Of a stretch of DNA of 64,000 bases, positions 24,461-38,156 are shown one piece after another. Position 1 is the first letter of the stretch. The number at the start of each line of letters is the position of its first letter. The position numbers and the translations under genes are program-made. Under the pieces are notes generated by a model that was not told the origin of the DNA, searched no databases, and saw only the letters and a list, made by a program, of their open reading frames with translations. Source of the DNA: Octopus bimaculoides (Eukaryota); NCBI RefSeq assembly GCF_001194135.2, contig NC_068994.1, forward strand, positions 35,442,520 to 35,506,519, written 5' to 3'.

Positions 24461-27400
24461 GTGGAATTGAGCAGAATATTTGATATAACAATATTTCTGC
24501 GTCAGCAATTAAGTGCTGAATCTGTCTGAAATGTAATGGAAAGTAGGTCAGTTTCAAAACATTGATGTCCAGGTCACAAAAGCAAAGTTTGAAGGGAATA
24601 GTAGTGATTTCCTTCGATTCTGGATAGAAGCAAATAAAAAATAACACTTACTTATGAAAGACAAAAAAAATAAAAATTTTGTTACACAATGTTAGTTCTC
24701 TGCACCACCAAATGCAGTTCTGTATGTTCTTCTTTCTTTTAACAAGATGTAACCTCAACAGAATTTCTGTTCATGGTTGAGGACATTTCTCTCTTTGTGT
24801 GCCATTAATTCTCCAGAGAAGAGCAGTGGCAGCAGAAGCATTGTTGCTGTCATCGTTATCATCACCACCATTTACTTTTCCATGCTTGCATGAGTTGGAA
24901 CTACTTTCTATAGCCAGATGCCTTCCTGTTCTCAACTCATGCCTGCTTAAAACAAAGGTGATATTTCCCCATAGCTGGACATATTTTGATGGCAGACTGG
25001 AAACAAGGAATTCCACTTGCATGATGACAATGCTCATTTATAATTATTCCATGATGTCAAGAAAAGGAAACGTCAGCATGCACGCATGTGTGCACACACA
25101 CATACACATACACACTACTTCCAATTCAACTCCCAAGCTTTGGTTAGTCTGAAGCTATTGTGGAAGACACTTGTCAAAGATACCACAAATTGTGACTGAA
25201 CTCAAAACCCTGTGGTCAGAAAGGGTATTTCTTAACCATATAGCCATGCCTGTGACTAAAAGCATAAACATTACAATTTCCTATCTTTGAAATACAGGGA
25301 CTTAATCATCTAGTCAAAAAGTATTTTGCACCTTGAAACAATGATTATGAATGATTTCTGACATTGATGTATGATTATAACTTATCCACGAGTGAGTAGA
25401 CCCTGGCTTTAGTTAACCCACAGTTTGACTGAAATCTGCATGTCCCAATGAGGGAACTTATACATAACTACTTGGCCTGCTAGAAATCATACTCACTTAA
25501 ATTATTTCCTACTGTCTTAGAAAAGACACATTGGATAATAGTATCCTAACTTTCCTGCAGATAGGCACAGTTGTAGCTTTGTGGTAAGAAGTATGATTCT
25601 CAACTTATATGGTCCCTGGTTCTGTCCCACTGCATGGAATTACTTCTTTCTTTAATGCACATGGAAGATCTGAAAGAAATACCACTGAGCATATTGTCCA
25701 ATGCACTAACAATTCTGCTAACTTGCATGAACAATTACAAATAATAATAATACTTATTCAATTCCTGTGATCCTGAAATTATGAAAAAGACAAAGTTGGT
25801 AGGAATTGGATGCCAAACTAAATGGGGACAGCACTTTATTAATTCTTACATCCTGCTAAAATTGGTAAGAAAATAATGGCTGCCTTTGTTAAAGGAAGAA
25901 AAAAGAAAAAGATTCATAGTTATTAACAATATGTAATCATAAACTGAAATATATTTTCTCAGAAAAAAAACTATTTACATTGGTATTTTTTCATATTCAT
26001 ACTATTGAGGACGCTGCCCCCTAACCCTCCCAGGAATGAGTGGGTAAAGATGAGATGAGAGATATTCCTACTGTAAATTAAAGGTCTGCTTTCACCTAGT
26101 GTGATTTGATGACTTATTTTTGATACCAGCTAGTTGGAGCTATTTCTCTGCAATTACTTCAATATTGTTCTTGGAAAAGAATGAATAGTGCAACACCTGA
26201 TTTTCTCAGCCTCATATATTGAAGTTTTAGAGGAATTAATCCTAAGAGTGACAGAAAGGATTACGAAAACTCCAGCAATTGGCTCTATTCATCGCAACTG
26301 CATGTGATAAATAAAATATTGATTACTTGGTGAAATACCATTATGACATATACTGATAGTTTTAAAAAGATGTCCCTCAAAGCAAAATCTTTCAACAAAT
26401 TTTCAAAAAGTGAATAAAATAATGAACATTGATTTAAGTATGTTGGTGGGTGACAGAATAAATTATTTGAGACAGACAGTAGAGTGGAATTTAAAAGAAA
26501 ATTTAAAAAGCATGAATGCTATTAGTGAGGAACACATTTATTTAAAAATATGGTAAAAATGAGAGTATATTGCATGGAAATTTTTTATGGTATCCTGAAA
26601 ATTGTCAAGTTATCCCTCAAACCATTTTTGCATTTAATTCTAATAAAAGCTCTGTGATTCTAATCTACTTTTTTATATATGTTTTTTACATCCATGGCTT
26701 CATTTTAATTTTATTTTTTTTTTTGTGTTAAGACCATCCTCATTTAAATATATTCCAACACAGTTCATTATGCCAGCTCAGTTTGGTGTAATCTGTGGCA
26801 ACGAACTTTTGTTGCTTCTAATCCAACCATACCTTCCAGGATCAGAGAAAGAGTGAGATGTACTTTTCTTTAATGGTGTTGGCATTAGTCTCTTCAAAAA
26901 TATGGCAAGTGCATTAAAGCAAGAAGTAATCCCCTTTCTCCACACTCAATTCATGATGCAACTCTCAATTCCAAGTTGAAGTTAATTTATATCTCTTGTA
27001 CTATTGATGGCTCTTGGGTAACATATTAGCATCAGTTCATTTCATTATATTCTTCTATAACATTTTTCTCTCTTTCTGCTGAAGTAAGATATTTATATAT
27101 TATATTGCAAGTAAAAGAAAATGTGGATGCCATGAGTTTCAGCACAGGCAATCCATTGACTCAAATAAAAACACACTGTAAGAAATTTATATTATATCAT
27201 AAGTGGGATAGAATATGAACACTACAAGTCCACGACGCAGGTAGCCCATCAAGGAGAGTGATAACTTAAATAAAAACTGATATAGAGTAAGGGGAATTCA
27301 TTAGTCCTGATGCTACTTCTCTCATGCTGGTGGTACAGTAAAATATGCATAGTCCATGCTGTAAATAGATTAGTGATAAGAAGGGTAGTCAGCTGTAAAA

Positions 27401-27570
27401 CCAAAATGTATCACAATATAAAAGACAGGCAGTATTTTGGTTATTGTTGTTGTTCCTGTATGTGTCAGATTATGAAGAACCACAATATGTAATGAGATGC
27501 TAAGACTTGTCCAACCCATTCCACTGTGGAGTAAAAACACAGAAATAAAACCAAAACATGTCAAATAATC

Positions 27571-27792
27571 TTTTCTTTTCTACTCTAGGCAAAAAGCCTG
27601 AAATTTTTGGAGAGGTGGCCAGACAATTAGATCAACCCCAGTACCCAGTACACAACTGGTACTTAATTTATCGATCCTGAAAGGATGAAAGGCAAAGTCA
27701 AAGGCAGAATTTGAACTCAGAATGTAAAGACAAATGAAATACCACTAAGCATTTCGCTCAGCATGTTAACATTTCTTCCAGCTCACTGCCTT
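27571..27792 (-). mobile_element. SINE family B, reverse-orientation copy
   Basis: Reverse complement of 15902-16116. Other minus copies at about 3470-3650, 3680-3860, 6280-6480, 6520-6710 and 6740-6930. Confidence 0.8.
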
Positions 27793-29844
27793 CAAAACAT
27801 GTAAAATAATGATATTAATGATGATGATGACAATGGCAACAATGACAGCGATGATGATGACAATAATGGCTTCTGCACTGTTTCTTCTTACCAAATTTCA
27901 TACATGAGGTATTGATCAACCTGAGGTTATGGTTAAAGCCACTAACTCAAAATGCCACACATTGATATCCAACCCCAAGAAACCTATGACTATAGTTTTT
28001 TAGCATTTAAACCAGCCATATCTGACTGAAATATTCTTCCTGTTTCATGTTCAAACTGTCCAGATCCAGCCTCTCATACCTACCCTACAATGTCATTCTA
28101 AAAATAAACTATCAGATCATAAGAATTTTGAAGCTACAACACAATGCGTGGTTAATTCATAACAATGTGAATAAATATGCCTTACCTTTGACAGAATAGA
28201 ATAATCTAAATACTAAAAGGCTAAACTATGTGATTCAAGATTCTTAAATTCACATTAAATCTTCTTACCCTATATATCTTTCTTTTTTTATCTTTTTACT
28301 TGTTTCAGTCACTGGATTGCAGCCATGCTGGGATACTGTCTTGAAGCGTTTAGTTGAGCAAATTGAACCCAGAACTTATTTTTCTTTTCAGGTCTTGTAC
28401 TTACACTACCGAACGACTAAGTTACAGGGGGCAAACAAAACAACACAAACATGTAAACATGCAGATATATTTATATATATAATGGGCTTCCACACAGTTT
28501 CCATCTACCAGATTCAGTCACAAGATATTGATTGATCCAGAGTTACAGAAGAAGACACTTGGTCAACATGTCACATGGTGGGACTGAACCTGAAATCATG
28601 TAGTTGCAATCAAGCTTCTTAACTACACAGCTATGCCTTGTAGAAATCTGTATCATTCTACATACAGAAGAAATAATCAGTATTAACCCCCAAAATAAGA
28701 TGGTGAATAGACAGAACTATTAGCAAGCCAGCAAAACGATTAGCAGCATTTCGTCCTTTACATCCTGAGTTCAAATTCTGCCAATGTTGACTTTGCTTTC
28801 ATCATTTTGAAGTCAATAAAATAAAAACCAGCTGAGCACTAGGGTCGATGTAATCGACTTATCTTCTCCCCACCCCCAGACTACTAGCCTTGTGCCCAAA
28901 TTAGAAATCAATATTAATCCCTAAAATGGAGCTGTACTCATAACAAGACAGCTATCTATTTTTGGCACCTTATTCATATTTACTTATCTATTCATCTTTT
29001 ATATTTAACTTGTTACACTCATTGGACTGTAGCTATGCTTAGGCATCACCTTGAAGAGTTTAGCTGAAGAAATTGACACCAGAACTTATTCTATTGGTCT
29101 TTTTTGCCAAACCGCTAGTGTTATGGGAATGTAAACACCAACACCAGTTGTCAAGTGGTGGATGGGAAAAATACAATGAAGTGCACACACACACACACGC
29201 ACGTATGTATGTATATATGTATATATNNNNNNNNNNNNNNNNNNNNNNNNNNNNNNNNNNNNNNNNNNNNNNNNNNNNNNNNNNNNNNNNNNNNNNNNNN
29301 NNNNNNNNNNNNNNNNNNNNNNNNNNNNNNNNNNNNNNNNNNNNNNNNNNNNNNNNNNNNNNNNNNNNNNNNNNNNNNNNNNNNNNNNNNNNNNNNNNNN
29401 NNNNNNNNNNNNNNNNNNNNNNNNNNNNNNNNNNNNNNNNNNNNNNNNNNNNNNNNNNNNNNNNNNNNNNNNNNNNNNNNNNNNNNNNNNNNNNNNNNNN
29501 NNNNNNNNNNNNNNNNNNNNNNNNNNNNNNNNNNNNNNNNNNNNNNNNNNNNNNNNNNNNNNNNNNNNNNNNNNNNNNNNNNNNNNNNNNNNNNNNNNNN
29601 NNNNNNNNNNNNNNNNNNNNNNNNNNNNNNNNNNNNNNNNNNNNNNNNNNNNNNNNNNNNNNNNNNNNNNNNNNNNNNNNNNNNNNNNNNNNNNNNNNNN
29701 NNNNNNNNNNNNNNNNNNNNNNNNNNNNNNNNNNNNNNNNNNNNNNNNNNNNNNNNNNNNNNNNNNNNNNNNNNNNNNNNNNNNNNNNNNNNNNNNNNNN
29801 NNNNNNNNNNNNNNNNNNNNNNNNNNNNNNNNNNNNNNNNNNNN

Positions 29845-29886
<42 letters not shown>

Positions 29887-31149
29887 ACACACATGTTTAT
29901 GTAAATATACATATGTATATACTTGGATATATATATGCATACACATATGTATATGTAGGTAAATATAGATATATGCATACACACACAGATATATATACAC
30001 TCACACACATACATATACATCCTGTCTTTTTTTTTTACTGATATTGTATATTTAGGATTACATAATCTAATGTGTCCTTTCTCTTAAACAGCAGTATAAT
30101 TTAGAGGGAAATTAGTTGCTATTTCTAACAAGGCAAATAACCATCAAATTAAGGGCCCAGTGTTAGCTTGAATAGGTATCAGTAATATATTCAATCAACT
30201 ATAATAATTGCTCTTTAAAAAGTTGAAAGAAAGCCAAAAAAAAAAAAAAGAAAGTATTGGCTTTGTAATAATTGTTTTGAAAGATATCAATTTTATTCCC
30301 TAAAACAATATTTTGTTCCTGACATAGCTTTAAGTGGTGAAACTAAAGTGGTGACAGCAGGTCTTTTAATACAATTTTTATTTCAATTTTCATTCTTCAA
30401 TTTAAAATTTTTTTTCTTCTTTTTTTTTACCATTTCAAATTTAAATCAGTCAAAAAGAAAGACTGAAATGCAAAAAAATGAAAATTTTAAGTAAAAGGAG
30501 AAATAACAAAATGAAACAGTGAAAAAATATATACATTACACAAATTGATTATTATTATTATTATTATTATTATTGTTGTTGTTGTTGTTGTCGTCATTAT
30601 TATTATCATTATTATTAAGGATTTGGTTGTTCAGGACACTGAAGAAAACTGTTAACATTTGGCCTGCTATAAATGGATATTGCTATCTTCCAAATCTCAA
30701 CATTTTTAATGCTTGTGAAAGAAACAAAACAAAGCAATAAATATATAAAGTATAAGATAAAGAAATAAAATTTTTTAGAAAAATAAAAGAATGAAAAAAT
30801 GGAATATGGTGTCAATTTCTTCCCCAAAAAGTGTCGCCACTTTTATGGAAATTGCACACACAACTGAAAAATGAAATCACCTGTCTGCTGCAGCTGTTAA
30901 GAGCGAGCATTTTTTGAAAGATAAAGATAGGAATACATTAGCTGGTAATTATTAAGTGGAGGCAAAATGCAAAACAGTAACACCATGGCACATTGTTGTT
31001 GTTTTTATTTTTATTATTAGCATTATTAATAATAATGATAATAATAATAATAACAGTGATTAGGCCTTAGGGGTCTGTATATGCAATACAGAATGTATTA
31101 TACAAAAACAGTTACAAAGTGGGTGAGGATGTACACATACATATTTTAA

Positions 31150-32200
31150 ATGGGAGGATGGGTGTAGGGAATGTGATACACTATATCAAATCTGGTTAAA
31201 AATGTGGCAAATGAGATGTTTTCACATAAGGGCAGCCTATCCCATATAAAGGGTAAGGAGCTACCACACTTCAGTAGGATTAAGACATCTTTGTGATTCT
31301 GACCATCTCCTGCTCTGATCACCTTCTGTGAACTGACTCCTCCAAATTTATCTGTGAGCATCTTAAAGTTTAGGAAACTGTGAAGTCTCTCGTAACCCCT
31401 GAGAACTGGTTCATTTGTCATATGTAGACTTGCTGTGTTAATTTTACCAACAGCCTCTCAATTTTATGTTTTCTCTGTAAAAATCAACAAAATATTCCAC
31501 ACTTTCTCTTGTGCTGATTCAGCATTTATGTTAGATTTTTGGTGTTGATTCTGACTATCCCCTGCAGTTTTCCGCCACAACAATGTAGTAGAACACTGCT
31601 GCTTGCAGCCTCTGATCACTCCTCTGCTGAAAGAGAAAACTACTTAGCTTTTCAGTGTCCTATCACAGTAGTAGCCCTGGATGCTGATGATACTGAGGAT
31701 GAGGCAGTGTCATTTCCTTCCACTTGAGCTATACTTGGAACTGCAATTAGCAGTGCTTTATAAACGGCAATATCAGCATCCATGGCCTTCATCTCTTAGG
31801 ATTGCTGTTTTTACTGTTGTCTGCTGCTCTTGTTCTTTTTTCTTCTTTAGGACAGAAGACCCTTTACTCTCACACATATAAAAACTGTACCTTTAGCCCA
31901 GCCCCAACAGCCTAATTAACATGTCCTTCACTCAATGGGATGGAGATCCAGGATTATTTTATGGTCTTCTGTGGTCATCAGGACCTGGATTATAATACTG
32001 ACCCCCATCTTACCATATATCATTCTTGGCCACCCCCGTATCATCACCTGACTATATCACAAAGCTAATGACCAGCATGATTCAATGTCATTACCAGGAT
32101 ATCTAGCTGTGACCTTTGTATTTCTTACCCCCAATTAGTCACCAGTTCACACTATCTCCTTGCTTCAGCTCTGATTTGAAAAACTAAGTGTGTACTTCCA
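31150..32200 (-). mobile_element. Highly degenerate Ty3/Gypsy-like gag-protease fragment
   Basis: Frameshifted CCHC-like knuckle (GCWG...KG...YMC) at about 31868-31915, followed by a protease-like T..VLRGY segment. Many stops. Confidence 0.4.
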
Positions 32201-32280
32201 TATACCATGCCCATTGACTAGAGTTCACTCATCAGCCAGAGCTTCCTCTTCTCGTTCAAAAGTATTCTTTCTTTCTTTCT

Positions 32281-32481
32281 TTCTTTTATTTGTTTCAGTC
32301 ATTTGACTGTGGCTATGCTGGAGCACCACCTTTAGTCGACCAAATCGACCCCAGGACTTATTCTTTGTAAGCCTAGTACTTATTCTATTGGTCTCTCTTG
32401 CCAAACCACTAAGTGACGGGGATGTAAACACACCAGCATTGGTTGTCAAGCGATGTTGTGGGGACAAACACAGACACATAA

Positions 32482-32517
<36 letters not shown>

Positions 32518-32664
32518 GGCTTCTTTCAGTTTCCATCTACCAAATCCACTCACAAGGCTTTTGTCGGCCCGAGGCTATAGTAGAAGACATTTTCCCAAGG
32601 TGCCACACAGTGGGACTGAACCCAGAACCATGTGGTTGGTAAGCAAGCTACTTACCATACAGCC
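32281..32664 (-). mobile_element. SINE family A, well-preserved copy
   Basis: Colinear with 5821-6218 over its whole length, with high identity. Confidence 0.9.
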
Positions 32665-35435
32665 TTCCTTTTTAAATATGTCATCTTTCACTTTGCTTTT
32701 ACTGATTAATATTTTGAATAAGGAAGTCTTCCTTGCTCCTTTCTTTTCTCCCTGGAACTAACATCAACAAACAGTTTCTTTTGGTTTGCAATATTTGCAA
32801 AAGATGAGCTACTGTTGTTGTTAGTAATGATTTTGTTAGTATCACGTATGTCTCAGTTTTTGTTTGCAGCTATGCTATTAGTATGTTTCTTTCTGTTTGT
32901 TTGTTTTTTTTTGTCACTTTTTCCATCTATCTTTAAATCCATTTATGTGATTTTTAAAAAACTCTGGAGCATATTCACTGTTTCCATCTTTGTGGTTAGC
33001 TCATCATTCCACTACACCAGAGTGGGGTTCCACAAATAAATAAACCAAAATGGATGTTCACAAAAAGCATGGTTGTGTGGTAAAGATGTTGGTCCCCAAC
33101 TACATAGTTCTGAGTTCAATCTTACTGCATAGCATCTAGAGCATCTTCTACTATAGCCCTACTTACTAACCAAAGCCTTGTGGGCAGATTTGCTTGATGG
33201 AAACTGAAAGAAGCCCGTCGTGTGTGTGTGTGTGAGCATGTATACCTATATATATATATTATATATAGATGTATTTATAGATATATATCAGTATATATAT
33301 ATATATATATAAGTATATGTATTTATCTATATGCTTGTGTTGTGTATATGCTCACCACCACCACTTGGCAACTGCTATTGGTTTGTTTATGTCCCTATTA
33401 CCTAGCAGCTCAACAAAAGAAATCAATAGAATAAGTAATTGACTTCTAAAAACTTCTGCTGTTGAGTTGTTTGACTAAAGCCTTTATAGCATGCCCCAGC
33501 TTGGCTGCAGTTCAAAGACTGAAAGAAGTAAAGGATAAAAAATAGAATAAAGTCTAAGACAATCCTTGGTTTTCTATTTCAGAGTAATGGGAAAGATGCT
33601 GAAATGTTTCAAAGTTCTTTATGGTAAAATAATTTTTTTTCATTTTCCCTCTGGAAGAAAATGTCTTCTAAATAAAACTCTGTGAAACATGACCATTTAC
33701 AGCAAACAACAACAATGAATATGATAATGACAATGTTGATGATTATAATGATGATGATAATTATAATAACAGAAATCATTTTTAACATTTTTGAAATTGA
33801 AAATTACCTGCAACTATCAAATATTAACTCTTAAGCATTCAGATTACTCTGCCAAATGTAATGCAAAGCATATTTATTCAATTTGTTTTTAATCAATCCG
33901 GCATTATCCCAAAGCTTCAAGATTTCAGTGATGTGAATGCTTATTTTTAGAATGACATTATAGGGTATGTGTGAGAAGTTAGATCTGGCCATAAAGTAAA
34001 AGTATAATATGCAGGCCTGATGTAGTTGGTGCAAATGCTGCAGGGTCGAACGTGTGTTTTATTTAGCACACTGGCTGAAGCATCAGTTTGAATATTCATA
34101 CTGCAATTATTCATGATAGACAGGGAAAAATGGGACTCTGCAAGCTGTATATGGTAATTAGTTTAATCATGAGCTCCAATAAAGGTAGTTATACCTTTCC
34201 TTTCTTGTCCGCCATGTCAGGAATTATAATAAAGAAACATTTTCGTAATGTTTCTCATATTCTCATAAAAGAAGGGTAATAAAAGTCCATTCTGATGCAG
34301 GCATAATGGCTAAGTCTCTCTTTTGAGGATACCTTCCTCTCTTCTTCTTAAGACCCTAGAAGGAAACATATGTGCTGCCTTTTTATTCTGCCTATCTATC
34401 CATCCATCCACCCAGTTTTTCTGCCCACTCTGTCTGGGAAGGTTGTGCAGGTAAAGTCCTTAGGTATCTTCTTCAAAGGTCCTACCAGAAGCAAAATATC
34501 ATTGCACTTTACTATTTCCCAAGCATGACCAACTGAAATTGGATATTATCCACCTGTCTCCTTCTTGGTTTAACCTGGGGGTTAATTGTTTTAGGTGCCT
34601 CTATGATTGAGAGCAATAACAGGCACCTTCTCTGCCTCACTCTCAATTCATTGGAACATCCAGGATGTGACAACTGATGTGTGTGCGAGAGAGAGAGAGA
34701 GAGAGAGTTGCTCCAGCATCTTGGCTGGTATTCATTACAGATGGAGCAATATCTAATAAAGCACCTTCCTCAAGAACAACATGCTGCTTTGTCCAAGAAC
34801 TGAGCCCACAAATACCCTAATTATTAGGCCATATGCCTTTGTAAAAAGATGTACCTGATGCTTAAAAATAATGGAAAAAAAAAGAACACAAAGAAAGCAT
34901 TACTGGTTATAACAGAAACTTCAAATAACTTGAATATTCGTTTTGACAAGCAGATGCCAAAACTACATAGTTGCTTCTTTTGTTTTGTTTTTGCTTTATA
35001 TGATTATTATTGTTAAAGTTGTGGGCTGGGAAAACTGTTTGCACACTGGAAAAAATGCTTAGTAGCATTTTGTCTGTCTTTATATTCTGAACTCAGACTT
35101 CACTGAGGTCAACTTTGTCTTTCTTCCTTTTTGGGTTAATAAAATAAGTTCCAGTCTGGGACTGATGTAATCGATTTCCTCCACTCAAAAAAAAACTGCT
35201 GGCCCTGTCTGCACTAAAATTTGAAATCATTATTATTATTATTATTATTATTATTGTGTTTTGTCAGGTTTAATTTGTACAAGCTGCACCCAAATATCAG
35301 TCTGAGTTGTCAATGGAAAACAAATTTTTTTGCATCTAAAGATGCATTCAGGTGACATGCCATGCAATTGAAAAATTAATATTGGTGTGTTATAAAACTT
35401 AAAAAGAAACGAATTCCTTCATAATAATAATAATA

Positions 35436-35468
<33 letters not shown>

Positions 35469-35527
35469 ATTATTATTATTATTATTTATGAAGATTGACA
35501 TAACTCTGCATGAGCATGAAGGCAAAA

Positions 35528-35675
35528 TACACAATAAGAAGAGTACGATACAATTTGTAATAAGTAAAGATTGACTCTGTTTATCGGATTGAACAATATT
35601 TCAACATTCAACATTCACTTCAATAAGCTGATTCAGTCTCTTTTACAAATTGTATCATATTCTTCTTATTGTGTA
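35528..35675. repeat. 33-bp inverted repeat just inside intron 1
   Basis: 35528-35560 and 35643-35675 are reverse complements with 2 mismatches. Confidence 0.9.
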
Positions 35676-35738
35676 AGGATAATAATAAATATGATTATTA
35701 TTATTATTATTTTTAAGAATGTCTTTAAAGATAAATAC

Positions 35739-38156
35739 CTGATAAGTTCCTTGACCTATGTCTGGATGTTGTTGCTGCTGCTGCTGCTGCTGTTGATGCC
35801 GTAAAGATGAACTTTTCCAGGTATTATCTGAATGAGGGTCCCTCCTTAAGACAGTTGCAGGGTGAATTCCTGGATGTGTCACCATTATGACTTGTCCGTC
35901 ATTTTGTGGTGTCATTTGTTGACACATATATTCAGACTCTCCTCTATCACCTATAAATTTACTGCTTTGGTCTATTCCATCGGTATATAGAATATCTCTG
36001 TTATGATTTCTTCTTACAATGCATACAGTCACTGAAACTACAATGGCAACAGAAACTATCACAGCTGCTACTACTATAATAATCATCAAGTTAATATGTA
36101 TTCTATTATCTGACTCTGTGTCTTCAGAGATGTACATTCTGGCTGTTGTATTGCTAACAGTTAGTGTCAAGAAGAGTGTAGTTGTTGCTGATAGAACTGG
36201 AGTACCACTGTCTTTGACAGCTAATTCTAAATTATATGGTCCAGCATCATTTTGGTAAACTGTCCGAGAGAAAGATAAAACTCCTGTATAAGGGTTAACC
36301 TTAAATAATTGTTTGTCATTACCTCCATGTATTTCATACCTAAGGAAGGAATTAACATGACTGTCTCTATCAGAGGCTCTTAATGTTGTGATGTCACTCT
36401 TACTCTGTGGATGGTAATGGACATCTAGATTGAATGGGTTAACACTGGGAAACGTAAAATACGGTGCATTGTCATTTTTATCCATAACTTCAACAACAAC
36501 AACTGCTGTACTGTTGAGTGAAGGTATACCATTGTCTTTGACTAAAACTTTGAAATTAAAAACTTCTTGCTGTTCCCTGTCCAGTGGCTGAGTTGTTGAA
36601 ATGAATCCAAAGTCAGATATTTCAAATGGAAGAAGGAGACCTTTGCTGTGACCAATCAAAGAGTAAGTCAACTGACCTCCAAGCCCTAAATCAGGGTCTG
36701 TTGCATTAATATAGCCCACAGGGAAATTGGGTTCTTCATTTTCATAAGTAAGAAATTTGAATGTATCTTTGGTGAAATGTGGTTGTACATCATTGACATC
36801 AAGCACTTGAATTGAGAACTCTCTAACAGTTTTCAAAGGTGGTGATCCATGATCCTCACAAGTAACAACCAAATCAACATGGTTGCTCTTCTCTTTGTCA
36901 ATTTGTTTCATTACAACCACTTTGTACTTCTTTAGACCCAAACTCTTGAGCTGAAATCTATTATTATTGAGGTCGCAGCTAACATTTCCATTTTCTCCAA
37001 TGTCATTATCTGTGATTTTCATGAAAGCAATAAAGCTGCCTATTTTAACACCTTCAGAAATTGCGACTTTGTTTTCAGCTGATTTTGAAATAAAGTTCAA
37101 GTCAATAACTGGAGCATTATTTTGGTTGTTGTTTATATAAACCAACACCACTGCTGTTGAACTCGAAGGTGGATTTCCACCATCGGTAGCTTTCACGAAT
37201 AGCTTAAACATATTTTTAGAACCTGATGTGGTGTCTTTTTTTATATAAATATCGCCTGTTTCTTTGTCCAGTCTAAAGAAAGTTCTTGCTAAAGCTGATG
37301 TTTTGGAACTGAACAAATATGAGATTTTTCCATTGTCACCTGAATCAAGATCAGTAGCTGACAAAGTAATAATTGGTCTAGACTTATCAAAACCATTATT
37401 AACAGAAACATTATAGAGATTTTGACTAAATACTGGTAAGTTATCATTGACATCTGTAATTGCAATATTAATTTCTAAAAATCCTTGTTTTGTAGGAAAT
37501 CCTTCATCTCTGGCAATAATTTGTTCCTTGTAATGTTCATTTGTTTCCCGATTTAACTTCTCTTGTAAAATTAACTCCAGACTATCTGTGCCATCAACCT
37601 TCTTAGAAACAGATAAGATAAATGGATCATTTAGATTTTTTTTTAAGTGGTAAGATATTTTTGAATTTAAAACACCTACATCTTTGTCAATGGCATTAGG
37701 AATAAACTTTGCTGTTCCTTTCCCATCAGTTTCAGAGAATTGTAAATTGATTTGTTTCTCAGGAAACTCAGGTTGATTGTCATTAACATCTTCTATGATT
37801 ATTTTTATTTCAAGAATTTTTACAAAGGACTCTTTATTACGGACTGCAACATCCACCATCTGGAAGCACTCTGTGTTATATTTACAGAGTGCTTCAGCAT
37901 CCAATGTTTTGGTTGTGTAAAGTTTCCCAGACTCTGATACATTGAACCGTTGTGAACTAGTTGTTGCATCTTGCTGGAGTGTGCTAAACCAAATAAGATT
38001 CTTCTCCTGGAATGGTACAATACCCAGGGTTTGTGTATCTACTGCAATGTTTCCAACAAATGTTCCAGGGATCTGATCTTCTTCTATATGATAAATATGG
38101 TCAATGCCAAATGATCTATCCACAAGCGACAGGAACAACCATACAACCACCAGCAT
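35739..38156 (-). CDS. Pcdh: Protocadherin (cephalopod-type), large coding exon: signal peptide, 6 cadherin EC repeats, TM helix, proximal cytoplasmic tail (806 codons)
   Basis: 833-aa ORF. Hydrophobic N-terminus; EC1 CX5C motif (C-KYNTE-C); linkers EDVNDNQPEF, TDVNDNLPVF, LDVNDVQPHF, MDKNDNAPYF; DXD motifs (DKDVG, DLDSG, DPDLG, DRDSH); LDRE/LNRE; TM about 36016-36099. Donor CAG|gtattt at 35739/35738 (phase 0); the last 27 aa of the ORF run into a TAA microsatellite (intron). Acceptor tttttttcag at 38201-38210 gives a 44-nt 5'UTR. Family-level symbol only; paralog not identifiable. Confidence 0.97.

Larger units (their letters stand above)
21996..26495 (+). repeat. Dispersed direct repeat pair, about 310-340 bp (21996-22335 and 26189-26495)
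   Basis: Colinear, roughly 80% identical by eye, with an identical 45-nt core at 22116-22160 and 26306-26350. Confidence 0.85.

Noticed and set aside
35655-35738. Last 27 aa of the 833-aa ORF (VFIFKDILKNNNNNNHIYYY...) as the main C-terminus
   Set aside because: It follows a good phase-0 donor and runs through a TAA microsatellite; it is intron read-through unless an intron-retained isoform is shown.
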